The notes under the pieces: generated by a model
What the model was told of the DNA's origin: nothing
The model's database searches: none
The model's input: only the letters and a program-made list of their open reading frames with translations
Shown here: one piece after another, positions 49,993-54,000 of the stretch
Layout of the letters: each line of letters starts with the position of its first letter
How positions within the stretch are numbered: position 1 is the stretch's first letter
Made by a program: the position numbers and the translations under genes
NCBI GenBank assembly: GCA_002309475.1
Contig: DBXJ01000022.1
Location: 1-54,000, forward strand
Length of the DNA: 54,000 bases
Source: Bacteroidales bacterium UBA1215
GTDB lineage: Bacteria; Bacteroidota; Bacteroidia; Bacteroidales; WCHB1-69
Direction of reading: 5' to 3'

Positions 49993-50856
49993 ATGAAGAT
50001 AGTAGTTTTTGGAGCTAATGGTCAGTTAGGTCGTAAGTTACGCGATTATTCGGCAAATTGTGCAAAACATCAATTTATATTTACAGATATAGAGGAGTTG
50101 GATATTACCAATCCATCGGCGGTGAATGATTTTATTCAACAACAACAACCGGAGGTGATGATAAATTGTGCTGCATATACAGCAGTGGACAAAGCTGAAA
50201 CAGAACCGGAGTTAGCAGATAAAATCAATCACAAAGCAGTGGAAATTTTAGCTCGGACGGCAACTAAATACAATAGTTTTTTTGTACATGTTTCCACCGA
50301 TTATGTGTTTGACGGGCGTGCTTGCCAACCTTATACAGAGAATGATACAACTGGTCCGATATCAATATATGGAAGTACAAAATTGGCGGGAGAGCAGGCA
50401 TTCACTGATAGTGGTTGCAAAGGTGCTATTGTGAGAACGGCCTGGTTGTATAGTGAATATGGCAACAATTTTGTAAAAACAATGTTGCGATTTGGGAAAG
50501 AAAAAGAACTTCTAACAGTTGTTTTCGATCAGATAGGAACTCCGACTTATGCCGGTGACTTGGCAGAAGCAATTATGACAATCGTGGATAACAAAGAGCA
50601 AATTCCAGGACAAGAAATTTTCCATTTCTCCAATGAAGGTGCCATATCCTGGTATGATTTTGCTACTACAATTATGGAACTTAGTGCTTTGAAATGCAAA
50701 GTCTTGCCTATCTTGTCATCGCAGTATAAAGTTTTGGCAAATCGTCCAAATTATAGTGTTTTTGACAAATCAAAATATAAAAATTATTTTGCAAAAGAAA
50801 TTCCGTATTGGAAAAAATCTTTGGAAGTTTGCTTGCATATTTTGTTGAATCAATAG
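49993..50856 (+). CDS. rfbD: dTDP-4-dehydrorhamnose reductase
   Basis: GANGQLG; CAAYTAVDKAE; STDYVFDG; YGSTK; DQIGTPT. Confidence 0.96.
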   Translation: MKIVVFGANGQLGRKLRDYSANCAKHQFIFTDIEELDITNPSAVNDFIQQQQPEVMINCAAYTAVDKAETEPELADKINHKAVEILARTATKYNSFFVHVSTDYVFDGRACQPYTENDTTGPISIYGSTKLAGEQAFTDSGCKGAIVRTAWLYSEYGNNFVKTMLRFGKEKELLTVVFDQIGTPTYAGDLAEAIMTIVDNKEQIPGQEIFHFSNEGAISWYDFATTIMELSALKCKVLPILSSQYKVLANRPNYSVFDKSKYKNYFAKEIPYWKKSLEVCLHILLNQ

Positions 50857-50863
50857 CTATTGT

Positions 50864-52264
50864 GTGACCAAAGGTGATTTTATCAATTTGTTGAAACAGT
50901 CAACCTCCATGAAGTTGACCCAAGGGCAGTCTGTTGCTGTAGATTGTTTATTGGATTATTTATCCAGCCGGCAAAAAAATAGTTTGATGTTGCTCAAAGG
51001 TTATGCCGGTACGGGTAAAACCACTTTGGTGGGCATTTTGGTCAATTTGTTTCAAAAAATAGGTGTAGAAGTAGTCTTGTTGTCCCCGACAGGAAGGGCG
51101 GCTAAAGTAATGAGCCATTATGCACATCATCCGGCCTACACTATTCATAAAGAAATTTATTATGTAGAACGTAATACGCTTGGCAATCGTTTGACAGTCA
51201 AGAAAAATAAGCATCGGAAAGCCATATTTTTTGTTGACGAGGCCTCTATGATTTATGATGAACAATATTCTCAATCACAATCATCTTTTGAGCATCATAG
51301 CCTTTTGGAGGATTTGTTTCAATATGTAGAAAGCGGTGACAATTGCTTTTTGATACTAATAGGTGATCATGCCCAATTGCCGCCTGTCGGCATGGATTAT
51401 AGTCCTGCCATAGAAAAAGATTATTTAAAAGCACGGTTTGGCAAAACTATATTTGAAGTAGAGCTAACAGAAGTTTTACGTCAAACGGAAGAGAGCGGTA
51501 TTTTGAAAAATGCCACCGAAATACGTCATGCTATTCAAAACAATCAATTTGAGGAATACAATTTTGCAGAACATCAAACTAAAGATGTTGAAGTGTTGAA
51601 TGCAGTGGATATAATGGAAGAATTGCAGACCGCCTATGCTCATTATAGTGGTGAAGGTGTTGTGTGTATTACCAAAAGCAACAAGCAAGCCAATTTGCTC
51701 AATGCCACCATTAGAAATAGAATACTGTTTTTTGAACAACAATTAGATGCCGGTGATTATGTGATGAGTGTAAAAAACAATTATTTTTGGCTACCGGAAA
51801 ATTCTTCCACACCATTTATTGCCAATGGAGATATCATGGAAATTATGTCTGTCAGAAATATGGAGGAAGTGTATGGATTTCATTTTGCAGACATATATCT
51901 TCGACTGGCAGATTATGATTGTGATATAGTAGATGCCAAAGTTTTGTTGGATACTTTGTATGCAGAGGAAGCGGCTATCAATGAAGAAAGCAGTCAAGAG
52001 TTGTTTGCCAATATTGAAGCCGACTATATGCATATCACCAATAAAAAAGAAAGATTGGCAGCTATCAAAAAAGATCCTTATTACAATGCTTTACAAATAA
52101 AATTCGCTTATGCTCAAACGTGTCATAAAACACAAGGCGGGCAATGGGACAAAGTGTTTTTGCTGCCGTGGAAAAATAGCGAGCAAACAAAATCTCTTAT
52201 GTATTATCGTTGGCTCTATACTGCAGTAACAAGAGCCAAAGAACATATTTATATCAGCGAATGA
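50864..52264 (+). CDS. RecD-like SF1 ATP-dependent helicase
   Basis: GYAGTGKT; PTGRAAK; VDEASM; GDHAQLPPV; LTEVLRQ; YAQTCHKTQG; LYTAVTRA. Confidence 0.92.
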   Translation: MTKGDFINLLKQSTSMKLTQGQSVAVDCLLDYLSSRQKNSLMLLKGYAGTGKTTLVGILVNLFQKIGVEVVLLSPTGRAAKVMSHYAHHPAYTIHKEIYYVERNTLGNRLTVKKNKHRKAIFFVDEASMIYDEQYSQSQSSFEHHSLLEDLFQYVESGDNCFLILIGDHAQLPPVGMDYSPAIEKDYLKARFGKTIFEVELTEVLRQTEESGILKNATEIRHAIQNNQFEEYNFAEHQTKDVEVLNAVDIMEELQTAYAHYSGEGVVCITKSNKQANLLNATIRNRILFFEQQLDAGDYVMSVKNNYFWLPENSSTPFIANGDIMEIMSVRNMEEVYGFHFADIYLRLADYDCDIVDAKVLLDTLYAEEAAINEESSQELFANIEADYMHITNKKERLAAIKKDPYYNALQIKFAYAQTCHKTQGGQWDKVFLLPWKNSEQTKSLMYYRWLYTAVTRAKEHIYISE

Positions 52265-52320
52265 AGATTAGATAATCTCAGATTTTTATCTTTTATCTTT
52301 GCCGTTGGTTCCTCTTTTCA

Positions 52321-52346
52321 TTTTGCAAAGATATCACTTTTTTGTT
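52321..52346. repeat. 26-bp direct repeat, left copy (contains TATCTTTGC on the - strand)
   Basis: TTTTGCAAAGATATCACTTTTTTGTT; 25/26 identical to 53909-53934. Confidence 0.8.
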
Positions 52347-52362
52347 GAAATAAAAAATTAGT

Positions 52363-53433
52363 CTATAGTTTGTATCCCAACATTCTGACATAATCCACAC
52401 CTTGAAAAGAATCCTGATTTAAACGCTTATATCCTTCATGTGGTTTATTAATACCTATTATTTTAAATCGGTTTTGTTTGAATTGTAGATTGACTACCGC
52501 CACAAACTTTTTCCCCGTTTTCCTCTCTTTCCAAAAAACCTGAAAAGTATATATATCGCGTGGTCCATAATATAGTAACTTTGCATAAAGGCTATCTATG
52601 TAAAAAAGCGAATCTGCTTCTGAACGTTTAATTGGTAAACCATACGTTTGCTGAACATCATGAAAGAAATCTTCAAAGGAATTTTTTTTGTTTTCCCAAT
52701 ACCCTTTTTGTTGCACAATGGCTGATTTAGGTTGATCAAGTCTTTTCTTTTCCGTTAGCCAAACCCCCATTACCATTTCTGAAATAACGCAACCATAACG
52801 TTGAAAGCATTTTTTCATCGATAAAGTATCCAAGTAATCGAATACAAACTCATCTGCACCATACGTGAGATACGACACAAAAGGACGCAGGCAATCATGC
52901 AATGCAGATTTGTATGTGACATTTTCCAAAAATTCCTGCCGAACATTCTCCTCCGGTGAAATGACAAAAAGGTATGAAAACACACCGTTTCTAGAAAATG
53001 GCCATGTTATATTTCCTGTAACAACATCTGAAACAGCATAATATTCCCCTATGAAATATTTATAGTATGCGGACATCTCAGGCATAAAAAAATATCTTCT
53101 TACAGACATCTTGTACTTTTCTCCCCTTTTCATATGAAAATCACCCCATTTTTCATTTGGAACAAGGATATACGCATGCACAAACAGTGAATCTATGATG
53201 GTACAAGACTTGATAATCCGACCCTCTTTCCGTTTGAACACGTCTATGATTTCAAAACAATATAATGTGTCTTCGTTTATCAAAAAAGACAAATTATAAT
53301 GTTCACGCAAGCCTGGCTGTAACGCAAACGGGTCCTTATAGTTGGAATCGTTCAGAACCTGTCCTTGTAAATCAAAAAAACAAACCAAAAAATAGCAGAG
53401 AAATATTAAATGTATCTTATTCATACTTATCAT
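52363..53433 (-). CDS. Hypothetical secreted protein
   Basis: 356-aa ORF with an N-terminal hydrophobic signal; no recognisable motif. Confidence 0.7.
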   Translation of the reverse strand: MISMNKIHLIFLCYFLVCFFDLQGQVLNDSNYKDPFALQPGLREHYNLSFLINEDTLYCFEIIDVFKRKEGRIIKSCTIIDSLFVHAYILVPNEKWGDFHMKRGEKYKMSVRRYFFMPEMSAYYKYFIGEYYAVSDVVTGNITWPFSRNGVFSYLFVISPEENVRQEFLENVTYKSALHDCLRPFVSYLTYGADEFVFDYLDTLSMKKCFQRYGCVISEMVMGVWLTEKKRLDQPKSAIVQQKGYWENKKNSFEDFFHDVQQTYGLPIKRSEADSLFYIDSLYAKLLYYGPRDIYTFQVFWKERKTGKKFVAVVNLQFKQNRFKIIGINKPHEGYKRLNQDSFQGVDYVRMLGYKL

Positions 53434-53536
53434 TTTATTATAATTTATAATCTATAGGAACCTCTAATTTTTACTAATTTTCCTTTTTTTATTTTGCAAA
53501 GAGAGTTATTTTATGAATAAAAATTGTGGCATTTAT

Positions 53537-53842
53537 TTATAGAAGCCAGTAATAAATAAATACAAAAAGCATAACACATAAAATGCCCAAAAGTACTATT
53601 CTTTTTGTCCAAATTGCGTTTTTATATAACCTGATATATTCCATCCTTACGGAATCTTTAAATTCATTTTCTTCTATAAAATCTTTAAATAATTTGTAAG
53701 ACCAATAAAAGCTGAAGCAATTTGTTTTTATCTTATGTTCATATAATATTGTTCTCATTGTATATCCTAAAATGGTTGAATAAACACCTAATATCATCAA
53801 AATAACCCATACTGGCATAATAATTTTTCCTATTGTATCCAT
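53537..53842 (-). CDS. Small hypothetical membrane protein (2 TM)
   Basis: Hydrophobic N- and C-terminal segments; AT-rich; own promoter motif at 53914-53921. Confidence 0.65.
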   Translation of the reverse strand: MDTIGKIIMPVWVILMILGVYSTILGYTMRTILYEHKIKTNCFSFYWSYKLFKDFIEENEFKDSVRMEYIRLYKNAIWTKRIVLLGILCVMLFVFIYYWLL

Positions 53843-53908
53843 AATAAAAATTTATTTTTGTCTTATTGCCACTTTCAAGTCTCAAATGAAATTTGTTCAA
53901 CTGATATT

Positions 53909-53934
53909 TTTTGCAAAGATAGCACTTTTTTGTT
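53909..53934. repeat. 26-bp direct repeat, right copy
   Basis: TTTTGCAAAGATAGCACTTTTTTGTT. Confidence 0.8.
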
Positions 53935-54000
53935 TGATTGTTAATTTTTATCTGTTTTTAGAGATGACCTATAGTTATTTTGCTGTCAAAGTTGCAAAAG

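Overview
Chromosomal window from an AT-rich Bacteroidales-type anaerobe. The assignment rests on TAnnTTTG promoters, T9SS cargo proteins and Bacteroidetes-style gene clusters (guaB-PPIases-MoxR; glycogen-synthase domain-DUF4270-glmS). The housekeeping backbone (coaE, gcvH, guaB, nusB, pepT, frameshifted prfB, recX, glmS, buk, murL-like, rfbD, recD-like) is interrupted by small accessory blocks: (i) a Cys-rich protein plus radical SAM pair bracketed by REP-like palindromes and two divergent copies of a structured element (1.6-3.9 kb); (ii) two T9SS surface-protein genes flanked by a 41-bp direct repeat (19.8-23.6 kb); (iii) an orphan Rhs toxin/immunity module and an Rhs fragment (27.2-29.3 kb); (iv) an NrtR-like Nudix, membrane protein and macro-like cluster (46-48.5 kb); (v) two orphan genes flanked by a 26-bp direct repeat (52.3-53.9 kb). 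The most notable pattern is that the repeats bounding the accessory genes all contain the Bacteroidetes -7 promoter motif, which resembles the CTnDOT integration consensus. This suggests promoter-bounded gene cassettes, but it is a hypothesis: no integrase lies in the window. Also notable is a 1072-aa single-chain fusion of modules normally found as separate proline-dehydrogenase/sarcosine-oxidase-type subunits. No rRNA, tRNA, CRISPR array or transposase was seen. All family calls come from motif recognition, not database searches.
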